64,000 nucleotides of DNA from Octopus vulgaris (taxonomy: Eukaryota): NCBI GenBank assembly GCA_951406725.2, contig OX597835.1, positions 19,158,001-19,222,000 of the forward strand. The letters run 5' to 3'. The notes below the pieces were generated by a model, which saw only the letters and a list, made by a program, of their open reading frames with translations, was not told the origin of the DNA and searched no databases. A program made the translations under genes and the position numbers. This document shows positions 1-13,908 of the stretch, piece by piece (positions within the stretch are counted from its first letter, which is position 1; the number at the start of each line of letters is the position of its first letter).

Positions 1-29
1 CAGATGTTTTCGATCGGTTTACACAAGCC

Positions 30-190
30 AAGTGGTGTGGTAAGAAGCTTGCTTCTCAAAGACATGGTTCCAGGTTCAATCCAAGTGCATGGAGCCTTGG
101 GCAAGTATCTTTTGCTAGAACATCGAGTCAACCAACTCTTTCCTAGTGGATTTGGTAGACGGAAATTAAAAGAACCTCTTCAGACCCATG
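30..190 (+). mobile_element. Diverged 5' part of SINE family B (tRNA-derived head plus CORE-like segment)
   Basis: gtgtggtaagaagcttgct...ggttcaatcc...ccttgggcaagt...gtggatttggtagacggaaa matches the heads of the SINE-B copies at 8782 and 14825. Confidence 0.75.
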
Positions 191-632
191 TATGCGTGTT
201 TGTTTGCGCATATGTACGCTGCCAGCGAGTTTTGGTACATTTGCAAAAATTATCGACGTGCTTGTTTGCTTTAGCTAACTCATTAACAACTGCGTGTAAG
301 TCAAATATATGCAGCCGCTGGTATATATAATACTTCCGTTCTTTCCTTTGAAATTTAACTGTACATGTTTAAAAGTTTGGATATATAAATCGACGGTAAT
401 ACGACATAGACGCTGCATAGAAAAGAGTTTCATAATCATTTTGCTCTATTTTGTTTGTTTCTTCCCTTTTTACTATTTGTATTATCATTGGAATCAGTCA
501 AAAATTAGTTTAAGTAGACTCTCGCTGATAAAAAGCAGTACCTTCACTCATTTTCTGGTTATCGTAATCTGTACGTAAGCTTAATTTGTATCTCCGATTT
601 CTCAATAGAAATCGCTTCAAATATATCTATGC

Positions 633-750
<118 letters not shown>

Positions 751-1209
751 GAAGAAATAGAAAGTGCTTCTTACAATATCGTATAATTGTGATAATTCTT
801 TTGATAATTTCCCCGCTTTAATAATTAGGTTTTTATATATTATTTGGTGTTTACAAACGGTTGTATACAAAAGATAACTTTTTATTAGTTTCTCTCTTAA
901 AGGCGGTTTTCAATCTGATATTTTAGTTGCTTATCCACTGTGTTTAGGGTTGTTTAGCAACAAATATACGCACACATGCATACATATACACGCACACGTA
1001 CACATCCACATATATGTATACATAAGGACTAGCTATTATATGCATACATACAGATTATGCATTTCTATGCGTGTGTAAACGATGGGTATGTATACAGGTA
1101 AATTAGTTTCCAGGTTTCATAAATTAATAACGCACAATTATTTTATCTAAATCTAACTTTCATCAAATCAAATAACCTAAACCATTATAATCCAATATAT
1201 GATATATTT

Positions 1210-1593
1210 GGAAGCACTCCGTCGGTTACGACGACGAGGGTTCCGGTTGATCCGAATCAACGGAACAACCTGCTCGTGAAATTAACGTGTAAGTGGCTGA
1301 GCACTCCACAGACACGTGTACCCTTAACGTAGTTCTCGGGGATATCCAGCGTGACACAGAGAGTGACAAGGCCGGCCCCTTTGAAATACAGGTACAACAG
1401 AAACAGGAAGTAAGAGTGAGAGAACGTTGTGGTGAAAGAGTACAGCAGGGATCACCACCATCCCCTGCCGGAGCCCCGTGGAGCTGAAGGTGTTTTCGCT
1501 CAATAAACACTCACAACGCCCGGTCTGGGAATCGAAACCGCGATCCTACGACCGGGAGTCCGCTGCCCTAACCACTGGGCCATTGCGCCTCCA
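1210..1593 (-). mobile_element. Full-length SINE family A (tRNA-Arg-like head; octopus OR-type by inference)
   Basis: Reverse complement of TGGAGGCGCAATGGCCCAGTGGTTAGGGCAGCGGACTC...GGTTTCGATTCCC (A/B boxes) through CCGACGGAGTGCTTCC; near-identical to the copies at 11002, 12730, 49303 and 58934. Confidence 0.92.
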
Positions 1594-1639
1594 CATATGA
1601 TGTATAAAACTAGCGACAATCCATAACAATTCCAGATTG

Positions 1640-2630
1640 TGTCTACGCTTAATCAGCTGCAACAACAATGGAGGCGAATGTATTTAGGAGAGAATGGTCC
1701 TAAGAGATGAGAGATAGGCTCCTCACAGTAGGGAAGATTTGCTAGCAAGAAAGAAATGGGGTCTTTTCGGTTTGAACGGCAGTTTTTTTCTAGCGGTGTC
1801 ATATGAAATTGTCACCCATAATTATGACCCTTGAATCGATCTATTACATTTCAATCACTTTTAGGCTTAGGGTTAGTTAGGGTTAGGGTTAGGGGTGGGG
1901 GGAAGGTTTTTTTTTTTCACAAATGTAAATAAACCCAATCTGTTTCTTAAACGAGGGACATATTCATATGGCTCAGAATGCTTTTTAACTCAATAGACGT
2001 CATTGATTGGTTGAAGTTGCAGAAATTGAAGAAAATAAACAATTATCTTACAAACTATCGAATTTTCTCAATAAAGCCAAGAGAAAAAGATGTTTTATAA
2101 ACACATTCTACAAGTATACGAAGTTTAACATTTTTTAGGTACCTAGAAATTATGTTAAAAACTGCCGTTTAAACCGAAAAGATCCAAGAAATAAGACAAC
2201 CTTCCATAGAAAAAGTAATGCTTAACGGTTTTTTTTGGTGGGGGGGGGCACTAAAGCACCTATGGATCTGCAGTCACCAGTATAATCTACATAGAAATGG
2301 TGATCAACAAACGGAAACCAGCAACCTGATCCAAACACTGACGTCTATTGCAAAAGAAAGTGTTAGCTTTGCACGAAAATGCGCGACCACATACGGCCGG
2401 CCACACCGTTGAAACCTTTAAAAAAATTGGGTTTCGAGTGACTGGAACAGGTTGCATATCGTGCCTATTACCTACAGTTCGACTATTACTTCTTTGATTT
2501 GAACCATTTACGCATCCTTTACGAGGTCGACAATTATCTACGGACGAAATGAAGGTGGCCGTGCATAAATGACTGCACGACTACCCGAAAATCTTCGATG
2601 GAATAAGCAAGCTTGTGAACTGCTAGAAAC
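1640..2630 (+). pseudogene. Degraded mariner (DD34D-type) transposase, interrupted by a MITE
   Basis: Manual translation across frameshifts gives DER*, KKVMLTVF, LALHENARPHTA (cf. HDNARPH), LGFE..DYYFF and LRGRQLSTDEMKVAVHK*L..GISKLV, in the mariner motif order, with stops. Confidence 0.8.
1759..2185. mobile_element. MITE with ~28-bp TIRs (GGATCTTTTCGGTTTGAACGGCAGTTTT) and internal TTAGGG repeats, copy 1
   Basis: TIRs at both ends; 8-bp flanks aagaaatg/aagaaata; same element at 17353 and 61568. Confidence 0.9.
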
Positions 2631-2649
2631 AGGGCACAGAAAATAACTA

Positions 2650-3200
2650 TTCAACCTCTGCTTATAGAAACAAGAATACGAACGTAATCTCGTATGTTTA
2701 AGATACCCGAAAATTCTACTACCAATGCTGAACTATAATAATTGTAGGCGATGAATTGTAGCAACAGTGAAATGGAGAGAGTGGGTAGAGGAATGTGAAT
2801 CGTGTAGGGATGGTGTGTTGGATGAGGTGGCAAGTGAGGAGGAGAGAAGTATGCTGAAATTTGGAGAAGGAGTGTGGCCATGGTTTCTGTGGCAAGGTGA
2901 GATATTGTTAGTGAAGGGAAGATGTGACTTCTGGTGGATCGGATAATGGCACGCATGAAGCAGAAGGAGGTAGCGTCAAGGATGGGAAAATTCGTTGGAA
3001 GGAGAATAGTACATGGGTTATAAGTGGAGGCGGTAAACTTTGGTGATGAGATTGACGAGAAGGCAGCCACTGAGGTAGAAATTATAGCTAGAGAAACGGT
3101 TACTTTTTAAAATGAGTAGCGAAAGCTCCAAGGAAGGTTAGAGGCAGCAGATAGGGAATGAGGTGAGATTCTGTTTGAGAGGGTGATGTAGAAGAAAAGA
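2650..3200 (-). pseudogene. Possible very old Penelope-like ORF N-terminal remnant
   Basis: Minus strand reads RFSSYNFYLSGCLLVNLITKVYRL, similar to the H..FL..C....IPKG N-terminal motif of PLE ORFs; purine-rich plus strand. Confidence 0.25.
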
Positions 3201-4299
3201 GAGATAGATGTTAAGAAAATAAAATAAATAGAAGGTAAGAAAAGATATATATGTATATAATCTGAAGAAGATATGGTTTCTAGTCTGAAAATTTTTATTT
3301 GAATCTAAGAAAGACATTCATATTCAATTCTGTGATTTCGAAAATAACTCTCAATTTCCACCTTAAATTAACCCGATGAATTAAATTGATACAACTTGTT
3401 TTTAAATCAGAAATATTAAGTGTTAAATTAGAGACTTCTTAAATTGCACAGAAAAAAAACATTGCTTGATGAATGTTTATGTAAGCTCAAATAAAATAAA
3501 TGAAAATTAAATAAAAGGAAACAAAACACGATAACCAACACTTAAAACCTCCGTTTAAAAATAGATACGTATTCTCAGACCTAAACTCACAAAATTATTG
3601 GTTTAAACATTGATTTTAATTAGCAGACAAATTTTATCAAACAAACAAAGCTATATAATTATTATAAATATAGAAAAAAGCAAAAAGAAAAATCTCAGTG
3701 TATTTATTTTGAAAATGCTGCTGGTTTATTCATTCTGAGAGTTCTGTGTTTTCTTTTTTGGTTCTGTCGTTATTTTTACTTCATTTTGATAATTACTGTA
3801 AAAATTTTTGTCTGTAAAACAAAACAAAAAACTGAAATTATTATTTCGTGAAGATTGTAGATAATGACATATTGTATATACATATAGCCATTAGGGTAAA
3901 GTGTTCAGAGAATCACGAAAAAAAATTAGCTTTTTTTAATCAAACTTAATTCAGATTTGCAAATTACAACAGACTAATATCCATTTACATTTAGGAAATT
4001 GTTCCAGCAATTTGAAATACAATTGTACACACCAACTTAGATGTAATTTCAGAAAAACACGCACACCTATACACGCGCGAATGCGCAAACACGCAAGTGG
4101 GCTTGACGTTCAACGCATTTTGAAAATTCAGAGAGAATGTGGCATATTTTCTCTTCAAATGTTGCCTCCCGGGGCACCTCTTAAAAGCTATCACTGGTCT
4201 GCAAATATTCTATAGGTTTCTGTGCGTATGTACAACATATATATAATTTAATGAAAAAAAGATTAAGAAAGTAAGAAGTTTCTATTACACATTTTTAAT

Positions 4300-5000
4300 T
4301 ATAAGTTACAAATGTTTGCGTACCAGCTCAATTTGTATCACAATTTGCCCGTGTTGGAGAGGCACTTCCTCAAACTTACATCAAATTCGTGCTATCTCAC
4401 TGTGCATCTATGAGACCTTATTGTTAGGAAAGTAATGGGAGGAAATAAAAAGGAAAAATTTAAAAGTATGTATGCGGGATTTGTCTGCAGGGAAAATATA
4501 TGGTGGATGATCAAGGGGGTAGATACGTATAATGATAGGATGGAGATAGGGGAGAAAAAGGAGGAAAACGAATATAAGAAAGCGAAAGAGAACAACTGAG
4601 TAGGAAAAGTAGTAGAAGAGGAAGAAAGTAGAAGGGAAGAGGGAGAAATAAATACAGGGGGCAGTGGTGCATAGAGTAAAACGCTTAACCCAGTCGTATC
4701 CTGGATTTTGTCAGCAAGTACAGAGAGAGACATTGTTACGAAAATTCGTCTAATGAAAGACGATGTATTTAACCACACACCGACATTAGTCGGCCACAAC
4801 TAAAAGTGGAAAGATGTATTAAATAGATAACTACACAATTGTCCGGTGTCGAAGTATAAGGAAGTTAATGATCTGTGGTGATGTGGGGACAATTTTTTGT
4901 CCTTGGTGTGATTCGGCACTGGGAGAGAGAGATATAAGTAGGGGTAGAAAAAGTCTAACAAACACAAAATATTTACACACACAGATCTACATATCAACGA
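4300..5000 (-). pseudogene. Possible highly degraded Penelope-like RT
   Basis: Minus-strand motifs ISILSLYVSTP (cf. D..SLYT.IP) then YANI (cf. YANLF) in the expected order; many stops. Confidence 0.3.
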
Positions 5001-5459
5001 TAAACCGTGATAAGCTATTTGAAAGAATGAAATACAAGACAATGAAAGAAAGAAAAAGCAGACACCACGCGAACGACAGAACAATGAAAAGAACGGAATA
5101 ATAGAAAGTAAAAACAATCTGGCAAGAATGAATCTAAAAGATAAGAAAACTTGGGTGCCAGACATATGCATTCATAACTAAAGAAATGATGGTGGATGGT
5201 GGGAGGTTTGGCGTTTGATTTGTTGGTAACTCTACGCGATCGGAATGGTAAATTGCCAGAAGGGTATTTCTCTAATGCTGACCGGCATTCTTATTCATGT
5301 TGTCAAGCTTCTTACGATTTCCTTGTTCTAAGACGTTTGGAACAGGTTTGCAGACATGCTTGCGATATTTCTTTCTATATGTATATATATGTGTATGCGT
5401 TTGTATCTGTGTGTGTCATATGTTAGTGTGTATACAAATATACATTTTGTACATACACA

Positions 5460-5529
5460 CATTCATATATATATATATATGTATATATGTATATAAAGCT
5501 ATATGTATAGATATATGTATATACATGTA

Positions 5530-5576
<47 letters not shown>

Positions 5577-5694
5577 GTAAATGTATATATATGTACACAT
5601 CTATATACATATCTATATGTATATATATATATATATTTATATGTAAATATATGTATATATATATATTTATATATAAATATATGTATATATATAT

Positions 5695-5738
<44 letters not shown>

Positions 5739-5805
5739 GTAAATGTATATATATGTACACATCTATATACATATTTATATGTATATATATATATATATAT
5801 GTAAA

Positions 5806-5867
<62 letters not shown>

Positions 5868-5873
5868 TATGTA

Positions 5874-5918
<45 letters not shown>

Positions 5919-5945
5919 ACATACATACATACATACACACTCACA
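5460..5945. repeat. Degenerate (TA)n low-complexity tract with internal duplication
   Basis: Seen directly. Confidence 0.9.
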
Positions 5946-6504
5946 GGCACGCAAGCACACACACTCGCATACGCGGTAATAGTAACACACGCGTATATAT
6001 ATATATGTATGTGTGTGTGTTTGTGTGTGTAAGCATACGTGCATGTAAAATAATATATATCTTCTTTGAGAAATGTGGAAATATCGATAGGCTGATTGAA
6101 AAGAAAAATTACGCAGAATAAACAGGAGAGGTAGATACTGGAGTCCGTGGAATGATCTGCGAGAAAGAATTTTATACTGTTCTGCGCGAGAAAGAGAGAT
6201 ATAAAGAGAGAGAGAGAAGGTAGAATTATATAGAGACAGAGATGGAGTATGGGGGGGAGAAGGAGCTTTATGAGAAATAGTTGAGAAGAAAGAAGATAGA
6301 AGACGAGGTAGAGAATGGAAATGACAGGTAATTATGCAGTGATCACTTTATCATAACAGACAACAATGAATTCCATGCATCTCACAAAATTGCTAAGATA
6401 TAAGATATAATAGGCTTCCATTACATCCGTTTGTTCAGTTCTACATACTTATACATATATGCACACTTACACGCACACATCTATGATAAAATAATATATA
6501 TATG

Positions 6505-6619
<115 letters not shown>

Positions 6620-6996
6620 CATAGCATGTTTACATACACACACACCACTTTAATATGTATGCATGTGTATATAATTAATTACTTGTAGGATTCGTTTGAA
6701 TCAAAGTATTTTAATATTCAGGATATCAAGCAAGGGAAAACATCTGCACATCGGTGTATATATATACACTATGCGAATGGATTCGTATATACCCATGCAT
6801 ATCCGGACATATATTTACACTTATATATGCATGAACATGTACACACAAATATGCACATATACTTTAAAATAAATGTTTATGAAAACATATACACTTGCCC
6901 CCCCCCCGCCCCGGATATGCAGATTCTCAATCCAACATAAATAACGTTCCGAATATGGTGTTTACAAAAAATAGGAAACGCAAATGTATTAAAGTT

Positions 6997-7030
6997 GTAC
7001 TACAGCTGTTTCAGAGCCGTTTATCATTGA
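6997..7030 (-). ncRNA. Degenerate hammerhead-like motif, inverted and upstream of the PLE RT remnant
   Basis: Minus strand reads AUGAUAA-ACGGCUCU-GAAAC-AGCU-GUA-GUAC; the core is mutated. Confidence 0.35.
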
Positions 7031-7199
7031 TGAATAATTCGATTACATTTTGAAGAAATAACTTTTACTTCCCAGGAAATTTTCAAAATTTGATTTTGGG
7101 AAATAAAATCATGATCAGTTAGAAATGTAAAATTCAACCAAAAATCCAACAATTTCTAACACACATTACACATACTGAACTTTTCAAAACATCAACGAA

Positions 7200-8300
7200 C
7201 ATGTTTATTAAAGCAGAAAACAAAAAACAAGAAAAAATATTTATGTAGAAAACAACCAAACAACAACAAATTACTAACCGATAACGTGACTAAAACACAT
7301 GAAAACAAATAAAGAAATATCCAGAAAAATAGAAGACAATATAGAAAAGCTTATGCAAGAAAATCCTTCTTTAATTCCGAAAGACCATAAAATAACTTGA
7401 CGTAAAATGCTGGCTCTAGTATAATAAATCTCACCATATGCGAAATAAGGATTATTAATAAATCCTAATTAGATAATATTATACGACATATCAGAGCATA
7501 CTCAAATCTTACTCAATGGATAATCAGTAATGCAACTATTGAAACGTTTCACAAAATAGATGATAGACCCAAATGCATGTTTATAGAATTCAATATCGTA
7601 GATTTCTACCCCTCGATCTCCAAAAGCTTACTTCAGGGGGCACTTGAATTTAGTAAAATATATGTCACTATAATGCAAGGAAGTCATCACTTTTTTTACG
7701 ATAATTCCTATTGGGTAAAAATAACGAATACTGACGAGATATTTGATGTGGCAATGGGGAGCTATGACGGTCCAAGTATAGCTGACCATGTAGACCTTTA
7801 TATCTTAGATACCCGTAAATAAAGAAATTACAGAATTTAACATAGGTTTATATATGGATGATAATCTAGGAGTAGTATATAATGAAAACGGACATGATAT
7901 GGATAGAATAAAAAAAAAATTGTGCAAAATATTTAGCCAAACGCAATTAATTATGACGGTCCAAATATAGCTGACCATGTAGACCTTTATATCCTAGATA
8001 CTCTTAAAACAAGAAATTAAAGCATTTAACATAGGTTTATATATGGATGATAATCTAGGAGTAGTATATAATGAAAACGGACATGATATTAGTCTTTACT
8101 CTTTTACTCTTTTACTTGTTTCAGTCATTTGACTGCGGCCATGCTGGAGCACCGCCTTTAATCGAGCAACTCAACCCCGGGACTTATTCTTTTGTAAGCC
8201 CAGTACTTATTCTATCGGTCTCTTTTGCCGAACCGCTAAGTGACGGGGACGTAAACACACCAGCATTGGTTGTCAATAAATGCTAGGGGGACAAACACAA

Positions 8301-8333
<33 letters not shown>

Positions 8334-8780
8334 CATACATATATACGACAGGCTTCTTTCAGTTTCCGTCTACCAAATCCACTCACAAGGCATTGGTCGG
8401 CCCGGGGCTATAGCAGAAGACACTTGCCCAAGATGCCACGCAGTGGGACTGAACCCGGAACCATGTGGTTGGTTAGCAAGCTACTTACCACACAGCCACT
8501 CCTGCACCTATATGGATAGAAAAAAAGAAAAAAAGTTGTGCAAAATATTTAGCCAATCACAATTAATACAAACCTTAAAGAAGTCAACTTCCTAGACATT
8601 ACCATGAATCTTAACAGGAAAATTTAAACCCTATGAGAGACAAAACAGGAAGTCTCGTACATAGACATAAGTCACAACCATCCACCCACCCGCATCAATT
8701 AAACAAATGAGTAACATTATTAGCAGGCGCGTCTCCAATTTATCCACTGGCAAAGACACTTTAGAAAAAAACTGCCCCAT
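7200..8780 (+). pseudogene. Penelope-like retroelement reverse transcriptase remnant with an internal duplication and a SINE insertion
   Basis: KDHK, FNIVDFYPSI, FDVAMGSYDG, IGLYMDDNLG, NLKEVNFLDI and NHPP motifs in PLE RT order; ~190-bp tandem duplication (about 7762-7950 and 7952-8090). Confidence 0.85.
8093..8508 (-). mobile_element. Full-length SINE family B (tRNA head, CORE-like segment, internal microsatellite, LINE-derived tail ending in GAGTAAAA repeats)
   Basis: Many near-identical copies in the window; inserted within the PLE RT remnant. Confidence 0.92.
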
Positions 8781-8781
8781 G

Positions 8782-8954
8782 GGTGCAGGAGTGGCTGTGT
8801 GGTAAGTAGCTTGTTTACCAACCACATGGTTCCGGGTTCAGTCCCACTGCGTGGCACCTTGGGCAAATGTCTTCTACTATAGCCTCGGGCCGACCAATGT
8901 CTTGTGAGTGGATTTGGTAGACGGAAACTGAAAGAAGCCCGTCGTATATATGTA

Positions 8955-9009
<55 letters not shown>

Positions 9010-9217
9010 TTGTGTGTCTGTGTTTGTCCTCCTAGCATTGCTTGACAACCGATGCTGGTGTGTTTATGTCCCCGTTACTTAGCGGTTCGGCAAAAAGAGA
9101 CCGATAGAATGAGTACTGGGCTTACAAAAGAATAAGTCCCGGGGTCGAGTTGCTCGATTGAAAGCGGTGCTCCAGCATGGCCGCAGTCAAATGATTGAAA
9201 CAAGTAAAAAAAGAGTA
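8782..9217 (+). mobile_element. Full-length SINE family B
   Basis: GGTGCAGGAGTGGCTGTGTGGTAAG...GGTTCAGTCCC...TGAAACAAGTAAAA. Confidence 0.92.
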
Positions 9218-9491
9218 TATTATAAGGCCACCCAATAGTAATGTCACTTGATTCATTGATTCATTGTTTTATTTACGTGAATTTACGGAATAACCCCGTG
9301 AACTAAATGAGGCTGTTTTCCAAAATAGAGGCGAACACCTTTCTCCATATGATCGGCTTTATAAATTCTTGTTACTAAGATATTTTCCTACTTTTCTTAA
9401 CACAAAACTAATGGTAAATTTAATTCGCAAATAAAGAAATTATATCCACCAATGCGGTGTTGAGCACTAATTTTCAACGTTTGACATTGCA

Positions 9492-9550
<59 letters not shown>

Positions 9551-9552
<2 letters not shown>

Positions 9553-9707
9553 TAAAGTTTACGAAAAAAAACGAAGACAGGTGGTGTACAAAACAAACAG
9601 GTGTATTAGTATAACGCTGAGGAATAGCAAAAGTCTTTTACGTTTCGAGCCTACGCTCTTCTACAGAAAGAGACACAGAAAAAACAAGGAGAGAAAAAAA
9701 GGAGAGA

Positions 9708-9710
<3 letters not shown>
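9551..9710 (-). mobile_element. TA-anchored PLE-like terminal module (family H3) with a hammerhead-like motif at 9634-9671
   Basis: Minus strand reads UCUUU-CUGUAGA-A-GAGC-GUAG-GCUC-GAAAC-GUA-AAAGA; homologous to 40665-40870; flanked by (TA)n. Confidence 0.65.
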
Positions 9711-9739
<29 letters not shown>

Positions 9740-9744
9740 GCGTA

Positions 9745-9955
9745 TTTGTGTCTGTGTTTGTCACGCCATCACCGCTTGACAACCCATGCTGGTGTGTTTA
9801 CGTCGATGTAACTTACCGGATCGGCAAAAAAGCCCCTTATGGGTCCTAGGCTGCAAAAAGAAAAGTTACGGGGTCGATTCTTTCGAATAAGACCCTTCGA
9901 GGTTGTGCTCCATCATAGCGCAGTAAAATGAGTGAAACAAGTAAAAGAATAAAAC
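9745..9955 (+). mobile_element. SINE-B 3' half, diverged
   Basis: cgcttgacaacc...gctggtgtgtttacg...tgaaacaagtaaaag. Confidence 0.8.
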
Positions 9956-10384
9956 AATACAGAACACACACACATATATATATATGTTAGCTACTTATGA
10001 CGTTATATCATATAACGTTTTTTTAAACAATATTAATAGCGTTCTGTCTATCGCTATACGAATCCATCATTTTTTGCTAAAATGTCGTATTGACAAGTTT
10101 CGTTTTTTCACTTTCCCGAAGAGAAGATTGCATTGTTTATACCTTTTATTCTTTTGAATAAGTATCAGTGGAATTTTTGAAACATATGTAGAAAGTAAAA
10201 ATACTTGTTTAAACCTGCGTTAACTCCATTTTTTATTCATATTATTCAAATATTCAACGTAAATACGAAGTTTCAACCTTTATAAACAAGGAGTTACAAC
10301 ATCTTTACTTGTGAGATTTTTGCTGCCCTGGTAACTATTCATTCATTTATCCGTGTTAATTGTTAACAAGGTAAAATACACTCA

Positions 10385-10420
<36 letters not shown>

Positions 10421-10970
10421 TACAGTGTGTCAGGAAAATTTCAGTAAAATTCTTATTACTCTGAGAGTATCGAAGAAAATCAAGCGAAATTTATAATGAA
10501 TAGATAATGCAAACAGTATAACAGTATACAAATTTGGAACACAAAACAATTAACATTTTCAAAGATATGAACAAAATATTGATATTCAAAGGTTACAAAA
10601 ATATGTACGCCCTAAAGGAAATTTGCTATATTCAATATTTTATCCATTTATATTTTTATCAATCTCAGATATTGCTGATAATTTCAGTTCTAAGAAATTG
10701 TTTCTTCTGACATTTTTGCACCGGTCATTGTTATTGTATCTGCAGGAATTCTGATTTTTGTACCATATTGAAAATCTTCATTGTGATTAAAATGGTACTA
10801 AAATGAAAAGAATTGTCTGAAGATTTGAAGAAAACTATTTTTCATTTGCAAAAGAATGGTTTAGGGTACAAGTTAATCATCAAACTATTACATATTAGCG
10901 TTAACACAGTTGCCAATGTAATTCAGAAGTACTGGACGGTTAAGCAATAAACCTGATCCAGGTTGTCCTT
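10421..10970 (+). pseudogene. Tc1-like transposon 5' remnant (TA|CAGTG terminus plus N-terminal HTH of the transposase)
   Basis: 10806-10930 reads KELSEDLKKTIFHLQKNGLGYKLIIKLLHISVNTVANVIQKY, followed by a degraded NKPDPGCP (cf. GRPR). Confidence 0.8.
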
Positions 10971-11001
10971 CTATTTGAACTGCGCGTTATATACGCCACA
11001 G

Positions 11002-11380
11002 TGGAGGCGCAATAGCCCAGTGGTTAGGGCAGCGGACTCGCGGTCGTAGGATCGCGGTTTCGATTCCCAGACCGGGCGTTGTGAGTGTTTATTGAGCGAA
11101 GACACCTAAAGCTCCACGAGGCTCCGGCAAGGGATGGTGGTGATCCCTGCTGTACTCTTTCACCACAACTTTCTCTCACTCTTACTTCCTGTTTCTGTTG
11201 TACCTGTATTTCAAAGGGTCGGCCTTATCACTCTCTGTGTCACGCTGAATATCCCCGAGAACTACGTTAAGTGTACACGTGTCTGTGGATGTAGCCACTT
11301 ACACGTTAATTTCACGAGCAGGCTGTTCCGTTGATCGGATCAACCGGAACTCTCCTCGTCGGAACCGACGGAGTGCTTCC
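11002..11380 (+). mobile_element. Full-length SINE family A
   Basis: A/B boxes; TSD tatatacgcca on both sides. Confidence 0.92.
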
Positions 11381-12128
11381 CCTATATACGCCAAATCCAA
11401 CGTTACGTATTGGACGACAGGCGTCGTACAGCTTATTGTGTAGCCTACGAAGTGTCTTGTGATAGTGGAAGGAGTGTATCCGCCCAAACAGTTCACCGAA
11501 GTTTGAGCAGTATGGTCTTCATGGACGCATCCCTCGTAGGAAGTCTCTCCTCACTACAAGATACCACACAGTGGGACTGAAGCTGCAACCATGTGGTTGG
11601 TAAGCAGAAACATTTATGCGAAAAGAACGTTAATTAGAAATGTCTTTAACACGTCGAACAAAATCCTTAGCAATATGTCATCCTTCTAAAGTTCAAATTC
11701 CACCGAGTTCTAGGTTTCCCTCCTCATTTCAGTTGCATACAGGGGATAGGAAGTCAATGTAACCGACCTCCACACCCGTGAAAATTGCTTTCGTTATGCC
11801 AAAATAAGAAAAGAATATTATTGTTGTTGTTACAATTTTTGTTTGTCTTACTGTCATTATTGTTGATCTTAACGTCATTTTTATATTGTCATCGTCATCG
11901 TTGCTATTAAAATAACGATAAAAATATATTTGTTTTACAATCAATTTTAGTTTCAAAACCATAAGAATTATACTAGCAGGATTAAAAAAAATAAACATGA
12001 CATAAATTTAAAGAAAAATCTTATAGAATGTTAAATAGATAAAACTTTACATACGAAACTGAAAGTATAAAATGAATCCATAAGAATAGCGCTGTTATGA
12101 TTGTGACTACATACGTGTTTATCTTATA

Positions 12129-12525
12129 CTAGCAGTATTGCCCGGCGTTGCTCGGGGTGGTAAGGGAAATAACTATATAAGCATTTTTAGAGATGTAAAG
12201 TATAATAGCCATCTCAATATGGCTAACCACAAAAGTGGGGGTGTTACTGTAGCTTTTTACGTTCTGGGATTTAATAATAAATTTTTAGAGAGTTACTTCC
12301 CTTATATATGCCAAAAATGCATTAAAAATGGGAAAAATTGATGGTAAATTATTTTTTAAATCGTAGACTCATCGTAGACGCGCCCTAATACCCAGAAGGG
12401 CTCGATATAAATCACGACTATAAGATACCCGGTTTTGGTTAAACTGCACCGCAAAATGTGAGAGTAGTTAGGAATCTAAATCGTAGGAGACAGACAGCAC
12501 ACAACCTCACTTGTATATATAAAGA
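12129..12525 (-). mobile_element. Non-autonomous Helitron, copy 1
   Basis: Minus strand A|TC...CCCGAGCAACGCCGGG hairpin...CTAG|T, no TSD; homologous to 57248-57649. Confidence 0.88.
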
Positions 12526-12729
12526 TTTCTACCGTTGTTTTAACATTTTAGCATAGGTCTACGTTGGAGTAACATGTGTAAGTGTGTATGGCTGATTTTT
12601 GTGCTTCGATATTTCCACGACGTTGCAATCATCTCTCTAAGTATAGCAATACCTATATCTGCAAACGTGTTTAAGGTATATATGTATGTGTTGACCAATG
12701 TGTTTCTATCGTGTGTTTATGTGTACGTG

Positions 12730-13130
12730 TGGAGGCGCAATGGCCCAGTGGTTAGGGCACAAGACTCGCGGTCATAGGATCGCGGTTTCGATTCCCAGAC
12801 CGGGCGTTGTGAGTGTTTATTGAGCGAAAACACCTAAAAGCTCCACGAGGCTCCGGCAGGGGATGGTGGTGATCCCTGCTGTACTCTTTCACCACAACTT
12901 TCTCTCACTCTTACTTCCTGTTTCTGTTGTACCTGTATTTCAAAGGGGCCGGCCTTGTCACTCTCTGTGTCACGCTGAATATCCCCGAGAACTACGCTAA
13001 GGGTGCGCGTGTCTGTGGAGTGCTCAGCCACTTACACGTTAATTTCACGAGCAGGCTGTTCCGTTGATTCGGATCAACCGGAACCCTCATCGTCGTAACC
13101 GACGGAGTGCTTCCATTCCATTCCATTCCA
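12730..13130 (+). mobile_element. Full-length SINE family A with a (TTCCA)n tail
   Basis: TSD ttatgtgtacgt. Confidence 0.92.
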
Positions 13131-13459
13131 TTATGTGTACGTACTTTTCCAACTGTGTATTTGCTTGCATGTGTCCGTAGGTGACTTTGCCTTAATGCGT
13201 TTGTCTCTGAGTGTATTTGCTTAATACTTTCACTGTATTCAGAGAACGGTATTTGCATTCTAAATGTGTATCTCTCTGCTTGTGTTCCTATATTGACCAT
13301 GTCTAAGCCTTTATTGTATGTACAAGTATGAAATATCTATAATATGCCTCACTGCGTGTATATTCATGTGTACATGCACAATTGTTTGTATATGTATTTG
13401 GTTACATGAATTGTATGTATATATGACAAGCAAATATCTAAACATATATGTGCATGTAC

Positions 13460-13523
<64 letters not shown>

Positions 13524-13875
13524 CCAAATACATATACAAACAATATGTGTGTGTGTGTATCTACATAGATATTTATATTTATGTATATATCTTTATATAT
13601 AAATATGGATGTGTATATGTATATGTCTGTATTTATATTTATGTATGTATATATATCTAAGGGGAGGGGTGTACATATACATATATACTTTCTTATACAT
13701 ATATATATTAGTATATATATATATATATGTATATATATATGTGCGCATAGACGTATATATATATATATATATATATATATACGCGTCTGTGTATATATAT
13801 ATATATACGTATACAGATATGCTTATATATGTATATATTAGCATATATATATGTATATATGTGTGTGTATGGATG

Positions 13876-13908
<33 letters not shown>

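Noticed and set aside
8071-8519. Recurring peptides such as GHAGAPPL and [16 protein letters not shown]
   Set aside because: Translations of SINE-B, repeated at many loci
11002-11075. tRNA gene
   Set aside because: tRNA-like head of a multi-copy SINE with TSDs; no proper cloverleaf or terminator
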